From: Octopus vulgaris
Lineage: Eukaryota
Assembly (NCBI GenBank): GCA_951406725.2
Contig: OX597814.1
Coordinates: 144,646,001 to 144,710,000 of the forward strand
Length of the DNA stretch: 64,000 nt
Direction of reading: 5' to 3'
Under the pieces are notes generated by a model that ran no database searches, was not told where the DNA came from, and was given only the letters and a program-made list of their open reading frames with translations. The translations under genes and the position numbers were made by a program. Of this stretch, positions 63,431 through 64,000 are shown in pieces. Position 1 is the first letter of the stretch. Every line of letters begins with the position of its first letter.

Positions 63431-64000
63431 GAAGGTTACATTTCCTTTCCTTTCTCTTAATTGGTTTCAAATTTTGGTACAAGGCTAGCAATTTCGAGGA
63501 AAGGGTAAGTCGATTAGACTGGTACTTATTTTATTGACCCCCCAAAGTCAACTACAGCGGAATTTGAGCTTAAGACGTTAAGAAAGACGAAATGCTGCCA
63601 AGCATTTTGTCTGACGTGCTATCGATTCTGTTAGCTCGCCATCTTTTTCCTTACTCTTATTAAATAATAAAAACGAGTGTTAATTAATTTATTGGATATT
63701 TCAATTTGTGAACAATAACGTCTTTGCTAACAGGTTTCCGATGGCAAGAGAGTATCAGCAATTTCCTGCAGAACAAATGTATCAAAAGTTTTCTTTCATA
63801 AATCATGAGTTTTTCGGTTTTCTCGCTGGTTTCAATATTTTTCGCCGATACATACACGCGCGCGCGCACACACAAACTAATATGACGGGCATCTGCACAG
63901 TTTCCAAATACCGAATTCCACGGATAATTATTAGTTAACTTGACGCTAGAGTACAAGACGGATATTCAAGGCGTTGTACGGTGATATCGAACCTGGAATA

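Overview
AT-rich, repeat-dense eukaryotic (animal) DNA. The SINE, RTE and Helitron families and the microsatellite load look like an octopus (coleoid cephalopod) genome; this is an inference. I reconstructed two convergent intron-rich housekeeping genes by hand, with GT-AG junctions and consistent phases. On + is the 3' part of CDC37 (8 exons, 2147-11746; 5' exons lie outside the window). On - is a complete PWP1 (15 exons, 42098-12167, 543 aa). Their stop codons are only about 420 bp apart. Everything upstream of PWP1 (42-64 kb) is intergenic, richer in CpG, and filled with SINEs, LINE relics, Helitrons and microsatellites. The most unusual signal is a set of unrelated fold-back (palindromic) elements, mostly in PWP1 introns. 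Several carry minimal type-I hammerhead ribozyme motifs in the style of Penelope-like pLTRs (14.3-14.8, 24.1, 30.0-30.5 and 51.0 kb). Other points of note are a chimeric locally templated insertion in PWP1 intron 6, a candidate structured antisense RNA in intron 1, a promoter motif shared with Helitrons, and a CpG-decay boundary at the PWP1 promoter. Almost all ORFs in the supplied track are spurious.
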